A stretch of 62,669 nucleotides of DNA, filler included, from Stramenopiles sp. TOSAG23-3 (lineage: Eukaryota), in assembly GCA_900128585.1 (NCBI GenBank). It is 8 parts of 8 records of this genome, joined end to end, with 100 filler letters (N's around TTAATTAATTAA, not from the genome) between each part and the next. Parts side by side here need not be neighbours in the genome. Positions count along the whole stretch, not along the records: positions 43,745 to 52,355 come from LT642999.1; positions 52,456 to 61,036 come from LT643000.1; 6 more parts are not named here. One strand, given 5' to 3'. The notes below the pieces were generated by a model. It did not search any database. It was not told the origin of the DNA and worked only from the letters and a program-made list of their open reading frames with translations. Made by a program: the position numbers and the translations under genes. The number at the start of each line of letters is the position of its first letter. Positions within the stretch are counted from its first letter, which is position 1. Positions 44,203-54,377 of this stretch are shown piece after piece.

Positions 44203-46038
44203 ATGATTTCAGAACTTTTGTCCCCGAGGCGGGAAGCCTTTGGGGTTCAGAAACAGGTACTGTGTTACGAGAACGGGCAGTTTGGGAAGGGAAAAAAGGC
44301 GATCATAACGATTCGCTCTGCTTCTTTGTCCATTCCTCAGCTGATATCGGTGGCCAGCAAAAAGCTTCGAATAAACGCCAGGCGAGTCTTCAACTACGAG
44401 GGCCGCGAGCTGGACGACGTGGCTTTGGTGGCAAACGGGGACGTTCTGTTTTTCTCGAGCGGTGAAGACTTTGTCTTGCCGAATGTAAATAAAGCCCAAG
44501 AACCTGGAAGCCCCACAACGGTGGTTAAAAATTTTGAACTTTTGAAGCAATTAGGAGAGGGGAGCTTTGGCCAAGTCTATTATGCAAAAAATGCGGTGAC
44601 GCAGCAGGAAGCAGCGTTGAAGTTTATTCAGAAACGCTTCACGTCGAAATTTGCGGAGAGCGTCTTTTCGGAGGTCCACATGTTAGAAAAACTAAACCAC
44701 CAACACATCATTCGCTTGCATAGTGTGATCAATGCCCCGGACTACATGGTGCTTGTCATGGAATATGCGAAAGGGGGCGATTTGAAGGGGCACATAGAGG
44801 GACGAAACTGTGTCGACGAGGAAATCTGCTGCAAGATATTTCGTCAGATTTTGTCCGCCCTACGGTACTGCCACAAGCAGCGAGTGGTCCATCACGACTT
44901 GAAGCTACAAAATATATTGCTGATGCAGCCCATTGAAAGCTCCCAGGACGTTTGTATCAAGATAGCGGACTTCGGACTGTCCGTTATGTATAAACCAGGG
45001 AGCGACACTGGGTTCAAAGGTGGGTCGCTGGCGTACCTGTCTCCCGAAGTTTTTGGGAAGAGCAGAACGGAAGGGTCCGCTCGTGACATTTGGGCGTGCG
45101 GTATAATTCTGTACGCCCTTCTGAGCGGAAAGCTGCCATGGGGCAGGGGAAATTCGTCGCACATCAAGAAACAAATCCAACGCTACGACGGCTTGCAAGA
45201 TTCATTTTTTAACGTTTTTGGCGATGTCGAAAACTTTCGAGGCGGCAGTGGAACGGCGGAGGCAACTTCTCCAAACAGTGAACTCGACCCAAATAGAAAC
45301 GACATCAGCAGCGCCATGAGGAACAGGAGCCGCCGCATAAACAAAGATGGGGTGAAGGACCTGCTGAACCAACTCCTCCGACCGAACCCCATCGATCGGG
45401 CGTCGCTCTCTACGTTGCACACCCATCCTTGGCTGGAGAAATTTTCAACCCACACACGGCCGCTCGGGCGCTCGTCCCCAAAGTTGTGGTCCCAGAAACC
45501 GAACCAAACGAAGGCGTCTGCTTCGCTCAAAAAGACGATGACGTCCCCTTTGATGAAAGGCGACCATCCGTCGGCAACCGCAAACGCCCTTGAGTTGGAC
45601 GAATCCTCGAAGCAGGAGTCGCAGTCGAAACTGTCGAAACTTGCCGAGCGCCGCTCGTGGAGGGTGAATTCAATTTCTACGAAACTGAGACAAAAAAGTG
45701 ACCACAACGAGACTGAAATCACTTTTTCCCCCATCAATATCCGCCGCAAATCCGCTTTTCGGAGCCCCACCAATTTTTCCAAATTTTCTTCCCGCGGGCT
45801 GACTAGGTCTAGCTCTTTGCCGAATGTCTACGGGGGCAATAATAGCGGGTCCTCCTCGCCTAAATTACATGCGCTCATGTCTGAACGACAAACAAAACGG
45901 GCGTCACCGGCTGAAAAGGGTAGAATGAACCGCAACGGGTCCTCGCCCAGTTTACCAATCATATCGAGTGGAGTACGACGAAAGCAAAGTAATGAGTCTC
46001 CTGCAAAAACTCCAAGTCCTAAAACGATTTTGCAATAG
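44203..46038 (+). CDS. CAMK/SNF1-like Ser/Thr kinase with N-terminal DCX/KHA-like domain and Ser-rich tail
   Basis: GEGSFG, AALK, HHDLKLQN, DFG, YLSPE and DIWACG; N-terminal LISVASKKLRINARRVFNYEGRELDDVALVANGDVLFFSSGEDF. Confidence 0.9.
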   Translation: MISELLSPRREAFGVQKQVLCYENGQFGKGKKAIITIRSASLSIPQLISVASKKLRINARRVFNYEGRELDDVALVANGDVLFFSSGEDFVLPNVNKAQEPGSPTTVVKNFELLKQLGEGSFGQVYYAKNAVTQQEAALKFIQKRFTSKFAESVFSEVHMLEKLNHQHIIRLHSVINAPDYMVLVMEYAKGGDLKGHIEGRNCVDEEICCKIFRQILSALRYCHKQRVVHHDLKLQNILLMQPIESSQDVCIKIADFGLSVMYKPGSDTGFKGGSLAYLSPEVFGKSRTEGSARDIWACGIILYALLSGKLPWGRGNSSHIKKQIQRYDGLQDSFFNVFGDVENFRGGSGTAEATSPNSELDPNRNDISSAMRNRSRRINKDGVKDLLNQLLRPNPIDRASLSTLHTHPWLEKFSTHTRPLGRSSPKLWSQKPNQTKASASLKKTMTSPLMKGDHPSATANALELDESSKQESQSKLSKLAERRSWRVNSISTKLRQKSDHNETEITFSPINIRRKSAFRSPTNFSKFSSRGLTRSSSLPNVYGGNNSGSSSPKLHALMSERQTKRASPAEKGRMNRNGSSPSLPIISSGVRRKQSNESPAKTPSPKTILQ

Positions 46039-46528
46039 TAGTAATACATTCCGAATTAGTCGCAGTTCTTTCAGGTATTACACTGTATTAAGGCAATAAA
46101 ACGACGAATAATAATTACGAACAACACACCGGTTCTATTTACTTGTTAATAATTATCTTTTTTAAATCAACATTTTCGCGACAAAAATTATTCAATAAAT
46201 CGCACAGCATTGTTTATTTTTATTTATTTTCAGCAATAATAATAATAATATATTTTCATTATTTATTTTACTACCTACCTACACCATCAAAACAAGTTTT
46301 TTTTTCCTTTCTTCTACTTCATACATATAATACCATAGTACTACGAACTAGACAGACGACTATTGTTTATAATAACCCTTCTTCATCCATGTGGTGATTA
46401 TCTTCGTGGAGATGAAAGAAACATTCCATCCGTTCGCTACAAAGTCTATGACAATTATTTATGGAGTTTTTTCTTAATTGCCTGAGCAGATCACTGTATG
46501 AATTTAGTACACGGTATATCTTGGCACA

Positions 46529-47560
46529 ATGGCCAGTGGAGGAGCTGCAAAAGTGCCGCCCGTGCCTTTCAATACCGTCATCACGGTTGGTTACGTCGCC
46601 GTGAAGCCTGAGTCGGAGTTAAGTGTTGCTGAAGGGGAAGTTGTGTTGGTCTCAGATGGGACTTCATCAAACGACTGGTTTTATGGAGAAGTGGTTGGGG
46701 CGAGTAGACATGGCTGGTTTCCCCGAAGCTGTTCGTCTGTCAACGGCAGCAAAATTGTGTATATTAAGGAAGCGTATAAGCGGACGAAAGATAGTGAAAT
46801 AAACGTGGAGCTTGGTGAACAAGTTCTTGTAGTGGACAGTCACGGTGAGTGGGTGAATGGGCGGTCCATTTTTGACAACAGCAAATTCGGCTGGTTTCCC
46901 AAGTTCTGTGTAGGTGATAAGGTGCCCACTGCAAGCATTGGTAATAATGCGGTCCGGAGCAGCCATGTAAATAAAAAAAGTAAAAATTCCTTGTCTTTGC
47001 CCAAGCTAAGCCCAACGTCGCATCGGGAAAGTAATCTGGGAAGAAGTAGGTTTGCCATTTCTGCAGTTTCGCCAATCAACTCCCCGGGTGCTCGAAAGTC
47101 TTCCTCTCCTGTTGCTTCACTTAATGCCAAGAGATCAGTTTCTCTGGGGGGTAGATCATCTAATAGTTCACCAAAGAGATTTTTTGGGGACAATGATGAG
47201 ACGTATAAGCGTGTAGCGAAAAGACTAGAAGCGAGGAGTAACAGCAGCGAGGCATGGAAAGATGTCAGGAAAAGCGATGAATCCCTCGCCATGGCGCTGC
47301 AGTTGGAAGAACTCAAAAAGTCTGGCAAGTTCCAAAATATCTCACTGAAAAAGCCGAACAAAGGCATGAATGCGAACAGTGTCGTGGCTTCTGCAAGTCC
47401 TCCGGAAGGGCTAAAGTGCATCGTATGCAACATTGAACAAGTAACTGTAGCAGTAGCACCGTGCTGGCACACTTGCCTGTGCTCCAAATGCTCAGAAAAC
47501 ATTACCAACTGCGCAAAGTGTGGAACGAAGATTGTAAAAACCCAAAAAATGTTCTTATAG
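46529..47560 (+). CDS. SH3-SH3 protein with C-terminal C3HC4 RING (putative E3 ligase)
   Basis: ELSVAEGE...WFYG...GWFPRS and EINVELGE...WVNG...GWFPKF; CIVC...PCWHTCLCSKC...CAKC; UIM/MIU-like DESLAMALQLEE. Confidence 0.88.
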   Translation: MASGGAAKVPPVPFNTVITVGYVAVKPESELSVAEGEVVLVSDGTSSNDWFYGEVVGASRHGWFPRSCSSVNGSKIVYIKEAYKRTKDSEINVELGEQVLVVDSHGEWVNGRSIFDNSKFGWFPKFCVGDKVPTASIGNNAVRSSHVNKKSKNSLSLPKLSPTSHRESNLGRSRFAISAVSPINSPGARKSSSPVASLNAKRSVSLGGRSSNSSPKRFFGDNDETYKRVAKRLEARSNSSEAWKDVRKSDESLAMALQLEELKKSGKFQNISLKKPNKGMNANSVVASASPPEGLKCIVCNIEQVTVAVAPCWHTCLCSKCSENITNCAKCGTKIVKTQKMFL

Positions 47561-47910
47561 GCACGCGAAGAAGGGCACACGACTCATCAAGTTTTTAGAA
47601 ACAAGTGCGAGTACTTACGAAGTAGGATATAAGGAGTTTATATTTGTTTTTTAAATTAAAACACGTATTTTATAAAATGCATTTTGGTTTTTTTAAACTA
47701 GTAGAAACACAAGAACGAATAATCTTCGAAAGAGAAAAAAGAAAAAATTAACCTGAATGGTTTAACAATCAAAAATTAAAACTCTTGAGTGGTTTAACAT
47801 CAAATTGAAACAATTTACTCTCTTATTAATTAACATACCTCTAATGGACAAATGTTGATTAGATTCATTTTCGCGGTATATGAGAAAGCTAAATTTTAAT
47901 TACACTTATT

Positions 47911-48000
47911 AAATAACAGCCAATTTTTTCGTTTTTAATTTAAGATAAACTGAATTAGGCTTTTTTTTAAATCAATAACAGCCATTTCATTTTGTTTTAA
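47911..48000 (-). repeat. Two copies of dispersed repeat module A flanking an AGATAAACTGAATT motif
   Basis: aataacagccaattttttcgttttt at 47911-47938 and aataacagccatttcattttgtttt at 47974-48000. Confidence 0.75.
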
Positions 48001-48086
48001 TCAAATGAATACAATCAAATGAAAACATTTACTTTTTATAAATTTATATAAACAAAAGAAAAGAGATGTGCGCCTATTTCCTGTGC

Positions 48087-50567
48087 TTAACTGCTCAATA
48101 AGGGCGCCTTCTCCGAATCGGATGAGGCGGCCACCTCACTGCCTCCTTTGCCCTCCCCCATTCCATTGCAATCGATTATCACAGCTCCGCCAGCTTGAAC
48201 ACTCGCAGACGAGATTACATCTCCAATTACAGAGGCATCTACATAGCCCAACTCCTTCAACGCTTTTATGCACGCCGCGGCCTTCTTGCCGGGCACACTG
48301 GCTAAAAGCCCGCCCGCTGTCTGCGGGTCAAACAACAGTGGGTACTCCGAGTACTGACTCGCAGCTTTCTGAGACACCGTGTCAACGGCGCGGCGCAGTC
48401 GCACATTCTGCGGCTGCAGCGAAGAAAAAATTCCGCGCTTTACGCAGTCAACGGCTCCGGGAAGTATCGGCACTCTTTTGAGGTCTATGTTGACCGAGAC
48501 GCCGCCCGATGCGTTCATCATTTCTACCAAATGCCCAAGCAAGCCGAACCCTGTCACGTCTGTGCACGATTTACACCCGAAGTCTCGAAGGCACAGCGCC
48601 CCTTTCCGATTCGACATGCACATCATGTTCAACGCTGCATCCACCGCGAGCCCAGATACTTTTCCACGCATTTCCGCGGCAAACACCACCCCCGTTCCGA
48701 TAGGTTTCGTCAGTATAATCTTGTCCCCCACCGCCAAGCCTTCCTTTCGCAAGATCTGCTCTTTGTCCGCTGCCCCGTTCACCGCAAACCCTAACGAAAG
48801 CTCAGGACCTTCGGCAGAGTGACCCCCGACCAGGGCGCATCCAGACTCCTTCAGGGCCTCGCAAGCGCCCGACATCATCTGGTACAACGTCTCCTCCACC
48901 TTGTCTTCGACCGCAAAGGGGACCGTTGCAATGGCCAGCGCTGTCCTTGGCTCGGCGCACATGGCGTGGCAATCGCTTAGGGCGTGGTTCGCCGCGATCC
49001 TTCCAAAGGTGTAGGGATCATCAATGAACGATCGAAAAAAGTCCACGGTATGGATTGCGGCCATCTTTTTGCCAAGACCTTGCACCACTGCGGCGTCGTC
49101 GGGGGCGTCCAAACCAATTATTACCTCCGGGCGGGTGTGAATCTCACCCTTTAACCGCTTCATCACCCGAGACAGAACCGAAGCGCCAATCTTAGAACCG
49201 CACCCACCACAGCGCATTGCCACGTGCGACAGCAGGTTGATTGCCTCCGGCCCCGCTGCAAGCGCGACGGCCGGCTTGGGCTTCCGGGCTTCTTCCCTCG
49301 CAGCTTTTGCCGCCATGTCTGGCAGGTCCTGGAACTTGGCCATGAACGCTCTGTCTATCCAATCTTTTATGTACCAAAGGTACGAACCGCCGAACGACCA
49401 GCAGCCTCGCGAAGCTACGGCATACTTGTCGCCCGTGCTAATGAGCCCCAGAAATTCTTTCTGGGGGTAGAATGGGACCACCGGTTCCCCCCGAAGCCTG
49501 TGGCGCAAGTTTGCTGCCAATGGCATCCCTTGACGAACTGCAAATACCCCTGCTTTGGGTCTAGGGTGGTTCAACACACTGGCGACATCTCCGGCTGCAA
49601 AAACGTCCGGGGTGTTCGTTGACTCTAAAGTATCCTGAAGGGCAATAAACCCGTCCTTGTCAAGTTCCAAGGAAGTGTCCGTTTCTAACCACTTTTGGGC
49701 GGCGGCAGTCGTGCACCATATGCACTCGTCGTACGAGAAAGAGTCTCCGCTCGAACAGACAAGTAAGTTTTCCTTCTTCTTCGTAACCCCGTTTTTTCTC
49801 ACCACTGTCTTTTCTACCGCACTGTTCGGAAAGACTTTCACCTTGCGATCGTTCAAAATTTTTCGAAACGTCCTGCGCACCCTTGGGTTGTGCGACGAAA
49901 GAATATCATCGCCCCGAGTCAAAATAGTAAATCTTGGAGGAAGAACGTTCCCGTGTTGCTCGCAATCCTTGTTGAGCTGGTACTGCATAGCCAGTGCCAG
50001 CTCTATGCCCCCCGCACCGCCCCCGACCACCACAATTTCGCTTGGAGTTGACTCGCGGTGCCCAACCTGGATGCGGCGGCGAATGTCATTCCACCGTTCA
50101 GAGAAACTATTGATAGGTTTGACGGGAGTGATTGCACCAGCGGCCTTCCCGCACTTTGCCGTTTTCTGCCCCTTTGACTGTGCGCCACTGCCCATCCCAG
50201 CCGGATTTATGCCAATGTCTACACTCAGTACGTCATACGATATGGGGGGCCGCGGCGTGCATCCTGGTTTTGCTTTCAGACGAACAGTCTTGTTCACTGT
50301 GTCGATGCCGTCTGCCTCGGCGTGAATAAATCTACAGTTGGCAAACTTTGCCAGCGGAGGAAGGTCTATATGGCACTCGTCGTAAGTATAGTGCCCGGCA
50401 ACGTGCCCAGGTAACATTCCAGAATACGGAGTCATTATATCCCTACTGATAAGTGTCAGCTTTACGCCCGGTTCTGGCTCCATACCGAACATCTTCAACA
50501 CGTTTACGTGAGCATGGCCGCCACCGATCAAGACCAGGTCTTTGAATATCGGGGTAACATCGTTCAT
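48087..50567 (-). CDS. selD: Selenide, water dikinase (selenophosphate synthetase) fused to an N-terminal pyridine nucleotide-disulfide oxidoreductase domain
   Basis: LVLIGGGHAH, PYSGMLPG, VVVGGGAGGIE, FAAGD and KAGVFAVRQG; SelD part with RCGGCGSK, DDAAV, TVDFF, AANHALSD, GGHS, DVTGFGLLGHL and DPQTAGGLL. Confidence 0.96.
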   Translation of the reverse strand: MNDVTPIFKDLVLIGGGHAHVNVLKMFGMEPEPGVKLTLISRDIMTPYSGMLPGHVAGHYTYDECHIDLPPLAKFANCRFIHAEADGIDTVNKTVRLKAKPGCTPRPPISYDVLSVDIGINPAGMGSGAQSKGQKTAKCGKAAGAITPVKPINSFSERWNDIRRRIQVGHRESTPSEIVVVGGGAGGIELALAMQYQLNKDCEQHGNVLPPRFTILTRGDDILSSHNPRVRRTFRKILNDRKVKVFPNSAVEKTVVRKNGVTKKKENLLVCSSGDSFSYDECIWCTTAAAQKWLETDTSLELDKDGFIALQDTLESTNTPDVFAAGDVASVLNHPRPKAGVFAVRQGMPLAANLRHRLRGEPVVPFYPQKEFLGLISTGDKYAVASRGCWSFGGSYLWYIKDWIDRAFMAKFQDLPDMAAKAAREEARKPKPAVALAAGPEAINLLSHVAMRCGGCGSKIGASVLSRVMKRLKGEIHTRPEVIIGLDAPDDAAVVQGLGKKMAAIHTVDFFRSFIDDPYTFGRIAANHALSDCHAMCAEPRTALAIATVPFAVEDKVEETLYQMMSGACEALKESGCALVGGHSAEGPELSLGFAVNGAADKEQILRKEGLAVGDKIILTKPIGTGVVFAAEMRGKVSGLAVDAALNMMCMSNRKGALCLRDFGCKSCTDVTGFGLLGHLVEMMNASGGVSVNIDLKRVPILPGAVDCVKRGIFSSLQPQNVRLRRAVDTVSQKAASQYSEYPLLFDPQTAGGLLASVPGKKAAACIKALKELGYVDASVIGDVISSASVQAGGAVIIDCNGMGEGKGGSEVAASSDSEKAPLLSS

Positions 50568-51083
50568 CGTACGCTTCAAAATTCCTACACGTCAAAGAAA
50601 GATTGAAAACCTAGTCTTCTGAAGTGAACTTCTTGATGATTCTAAATATACGTGTGCAGTTGAAAGAAGAAGAGGGGGATTACTACAATACCTTATTATC
50701 ATTACTGAAGGTTTGTGGCACATTATGTTTGTCCAGAATCAAACAAAAGAAAGAGAAAAAACGAAGAAGAAAAAAATGAAGAAAAAAAAGATGAAATGAG
50801 TGAGGTTGATGAGATAGATGAGAGACAGAGACTTCGGTTGGACAGAAGAAGAAGTCTGGATGGATAGGGTTAGGGTTATTAGAGTTATGTTAGGATTTGG
50901 ATTACGAACATCGTATGTGATGTTTTTTTATTGTCACTACGGTACTACCGGTACGGTACAGGTTAAATACAGGTATAAATACCAGGTATTAATACGAAGT
51001 TCGTACTTTCATAACAAACGAACTATAAATAAAAAACAGTCGGTCAACCCTTTCTTCCAATTTATACGTTCGTACTTTGTAAA

Positions 51084-52061
51084 CTATCCTTGGTGACGAG
51101 AGATATTGAATAAACCGGTTACACTGTGAACGGGAGTGTTAATTCTTGGCTCTTGGACCGTCGTGTCCGGCTGGGGTTGGGCCGGGGCCAGCTTCCTCCT
51201 TTTGGCTTCTTTTTCCTTCGGCGGTGGTTGTTGTGGCCGCATTTCGACCCGAGGCACTGAATGGCTTAGACTGACTGTGCTGTTCGCGTGGCTCCTTTGT
51301 TTCTTAGGTCTATTATTGTCCCTGCCCCTGGAACGCTTCTTTTGGTTGCTATCGTACCTTGGGTTGGTTTTTACATGCTTGTTCTTCGATATTCTCCTCA
51401 ACTTTTTCAACTTCCACTTCGCCCCTTTGTGCGTTCTGGTGACAATCCAACCCGGGCGCGGGCGAATTTTATCGAGACGATCAAAATACTGTTGGTTCAT
51501 GTTTTTGTCACCAACAGAGCACATCCATGACGAAAGAAAAGGAGAGTGCTTTCCATCCTCCCCCACATATTCTGGTCGATCGGTCACTTGCTCCGGAATT
51601 ACGTACGTGTACCTGTCGATTGGTGACAAGAAAAAGGGCTGGTTTCCATTTTGTTCCGAAGCCATTTTCTCCAAAAACGTTTTGTAAAACTCCGACCGAA
51701 AGACATAGTTTGGGAGGCAGAGCATCCATCGATCGGCAGATTCTAAGCAAAAAGTCAGCAACTTGTCTACATGATCCCCAGAGTAAGGTGGATTCGTCAG
51801 AAGAACGTCAAACTTTGGTACGGCACCGTCCTTTTGAACTTTATAAAAGTCCTCGGGTTTATTATAAACACGGGGAAATCCAAGTGACTTCAACAGTCCT
51901 TTCACTCTACCTGTGCAATAGAACGGATCGTAAATCGCCAGCTTTTCCGGCCGTTTATTCAGGTCGCGGCAAACAGATTTCAGCACATGCGATATGTGTT
52001 CGTACGCCTCTTTCGGGGTTTCGCAATGGTCAGAGTTGACGGATTCAAACGGGTGATTCAT
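51084..52061 (-). CDS. Putative N6-adenine (amino) methyltransferase with NPPY motif and basic disordered C-terminus
   Basis: DHCETP (motif X-like), IYDPFYCTG (motif I-like), EDFY and FDVLLTNPPYS (motif IV); K/R-rich tail with KEAKRRK. Confidence 0.72.
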   Translation of the reverse strand: MNHPFESVNSDHCETPKEAYEHISHVLKSVCRDLNKRPEKLAIYDPFYCTGRVKGLLKSLGFPRVYNKPEDFYKVQKDGAVPKFDVLLTNPPYSGDHVDKLLTFCLESADRWMLCLPNYVFRSEFYKTFLEKMASEQNGNQPFFLSPIDRYTYVIPEQVTDRPEYVGEDGKHSPFLSSWMCSVGDKNMNQQYFDRLDKIRPRPGWIVTRTHKGAKWKLKKLRRISKNKHVKTNPRYDSNQKKRSRGRDNNRPKKQRSHANSTVSLSHSVPRVEMRPQQPPPKEKEAKRRKLAPAQPQPDTTVQEPRINTPVHSVTGLFNISRHQG

Positions 52062-52355
52062 CCTCGTCCAAAGTGTTTACAACTTATTGTCGCCTTGCTC
52101 TGTCAGTTATCACAAGTGAAGAGTACAATATCCTTGTAAATAAATACCTCCCTGGTGTAATCTATTTTCAAGGACGACAGGTCAACCTTTTCTGTATTTT
52201 CACGTGAAGGTTTCTTGCGAGGCAGGGACGAAAGAAGATAAAAAATTAGTAGAGTTTGAAACCAAAAGAAGTTTTTAAAACTAGTCTTCATGGAAATACT
52301 TCTTCTATTCATTCCTACCTCCTGACACGAAAAAGTATAATAATAATAATAATAA

Positions 52356-52455
52356 NNNNNNNNNNNNNNNNNNNNNNNNNNNNNNNNNNNNNNNNNNNNT
52401 TAATTAATTAANNNNNNNNNNNNNNNNNNNNNNNNNNNNNNNNNNNNNNNNNNNN
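52356..52455. other. Artificial contig spacer
   Basis: 44N-TTAATTAATTAA-44N; followed by (CTTT)n at 52456-52533. Confidence 0.98.
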
Positions 52456-52531
<76 letters not shown>

Positions 52532-53143
52532 TCAGTGAAGAGCCAGACAACTATTTACCGTACATTATATTAGACTATTCATGATATTACACAGAGAACA
52601 GAGACTGACTAGACTAGTTTCATTTATTTATTATTAAAATCTTCTTCTTCTTCTTCTTCTTATTATATCTTACCTATTTATTCTTCTAGATCTATTATTT
52701 ATTATTATTTTATTATTATTCGACTATCTTCTTTCCAAATAATAGAAAATACCAAAAAAACCCAGCATAGTGTGTAGTAGTATATAGTATTAATAATAAA
52801 ATTAATAAATAAAAAATAATAACACAATAATAATGTAATATATATAAACTAATAATACCAAGTAATAATAGTGACTAATTTCCACTAATAGACAACTCGA
52901 GTTCCGGTACTCCGGTACTCTACTACTAGTATTATTAATACTTTAAATAATAGATCAGTTTTAATATATTGGTCGTCTATATTCATTATGTATATTTCTT
53001 CAAATTCGATTAAAATAGAACAAGAATTAATGCCCGTCCAGCCCCTTTTCTCTTTACGAAAGAATTCAAATCTATCCGAGAACGCCATTGAAGCTTTTAT
53101 ATCGTTTTTATGCGGATTGAACCTCCCAGAACAATAAAAAAAC

Positions 53144-53857
53144 ATGAGCCAAGAACCGTTGACCCAGCACGTCTATTCTAATGAGACCGCAGACGAGGAC
53201 AGCAGTCAGGACCTTCAGTACGATCCCCCAGGGGCGGACTTTTACCCTTCGCCGCCGACCATGACAGGGCCCATGACATGCTTTCAATTTGACATGTATT
53301 TAAAGTCGTTTTTGTTTTATGACTCTTACGCGTTCCTTCTTATCGGCATTGCCATATTTTGTCGGTGCGACCACATTCCGTCCTTGCCATGGTACGTTTT
53401 CACTTTCGGGTCGTTGTGGCTGGCAAAGGCGGTAATACATTGGACCTTCAAAATTCCCAAATCATTCGATAAAAGTGAGCACGAGGTCAAGGTTTTAAGG
53501 TTCATCAATCTGTTGCAGGTATTGATCGTGCCAATTTCTCTTTGGGGTGCAATACTGACGTGGGGCAGCTGGGGGCATTTTTCCCACCCCCATTGTAGCA
53601 AGGTCCTGTACTTGGCAGGTTTTCTGACTTCAGCCGCTGCACTTGGGTGCGGTTTTGGTTTTGTTTTTTTCGGATCAATATTTTACTTCTTTTGCGTGTA
53701 TTTGAAAAACCACAAGGGCGGAGCCTTCAATGCAAAGGACAATAGTGGCGTTTCTGTAGATTTGTACGACAATGGCAACCGGTCCATGGTGCAAACGAAG
53801 GCAGAAATGGACTATGATGATGTTGACGACGACGACACCAGATACCAAGCGATATAA
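53144..53857 (+). CDS. Four-TM membrane protein, TMEM272-like
   Basis: Four hydrophobic segments; CDHIPSLPWYVFTFG and CSKVLYLAGF pattern. Confidence 0.65.
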   Translation: MSQEPLTQHVYSNETADEDSSQDLQYDPPGADFYPSPPTMTGPMTCFQFDMYLKSFLFYDSYAFLLIGIAIFCRCDHIPSLPWYVFTFGSLWLAKAVIHWTFKIPKSFDKSEHEVKVLRFINLLQVLIVPISLWGAILTWGSWGHFSHPHCSKVLYLAGFLTSAAALGCGFGFVFFGSIFYFFCVYLKNHKGGAFNAKDNSGVSVDLYDNGNRSMVQTKAEMDYDDVDDDDTRYQAI

Positions 53858-54097
53858 CCTTTGTAAAGCCGTACGTCGTTATGTAGGCGATTGATTGGTG
53901 AGACCAAGGCCAAACACTGCGCCTTGAAGAGATCAGATTACACGAGATTACGAGAGAGGAATAAAAATTAGATCAGTTCTACAATTGGGATAATCTTGAG
54001 AGTCTTAAAACATACTATATCATTAGTTTTACATACTATATATATATTTTTTGTTTTCATTAGTTTTTTAAAAATATTTTATCAGCTCATAACTCAA

Positions 54098-54266
54098 CAA
54101 AACAATAATAGCCACTGTCTCAAACAATTTTATGTTAGTTTGAATTGAGAATGAATACCAGAAGTTTTATTCTGGAACAAGGACAGGAGTTTGGGTTCTT
54201 GAACGGTTTTACCTTCTTTTTTCTTTTGTTTTTTGACTTAAAACTTACTATATATAATTTGTTTTC
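54098..54266 (-). repeat. Inverted copy of dispersed repeat module B plus the start of the 118-bp unit
   Basis: The reverse complement reads aaaacaaattatatatagtaagttttaagtc...gaaggtaaaaccgttcaagaacccaaactcc...ttgtttgagacagtggctattattgttttg, colinear with 12509-12680. Confidence 0.88.
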
Positions 54267-54377
54267 AGCTCATATAGTATGGGTATCGAATAGCCCCCCC
54301 AAGACCAAATTTATTTACTTCGCGCGTATACTAAGTATGTACAATACGAACGCGCTCTACTCCCTCCCTTCCCCCCA

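Noticed and set aside
47561..48086. SECIS element or selenocysteine recoding for selD
   Set aside because: The active site is Cys-encoded, there is no in-frame TGA, and no SECIS-like stem was seen in the AT-rich 3' region.
50866..50895. TAGGGTTAGGGTT telomere-like sequence
   Set aside because: Only about two units, internal and degenerate; compatible with chance.
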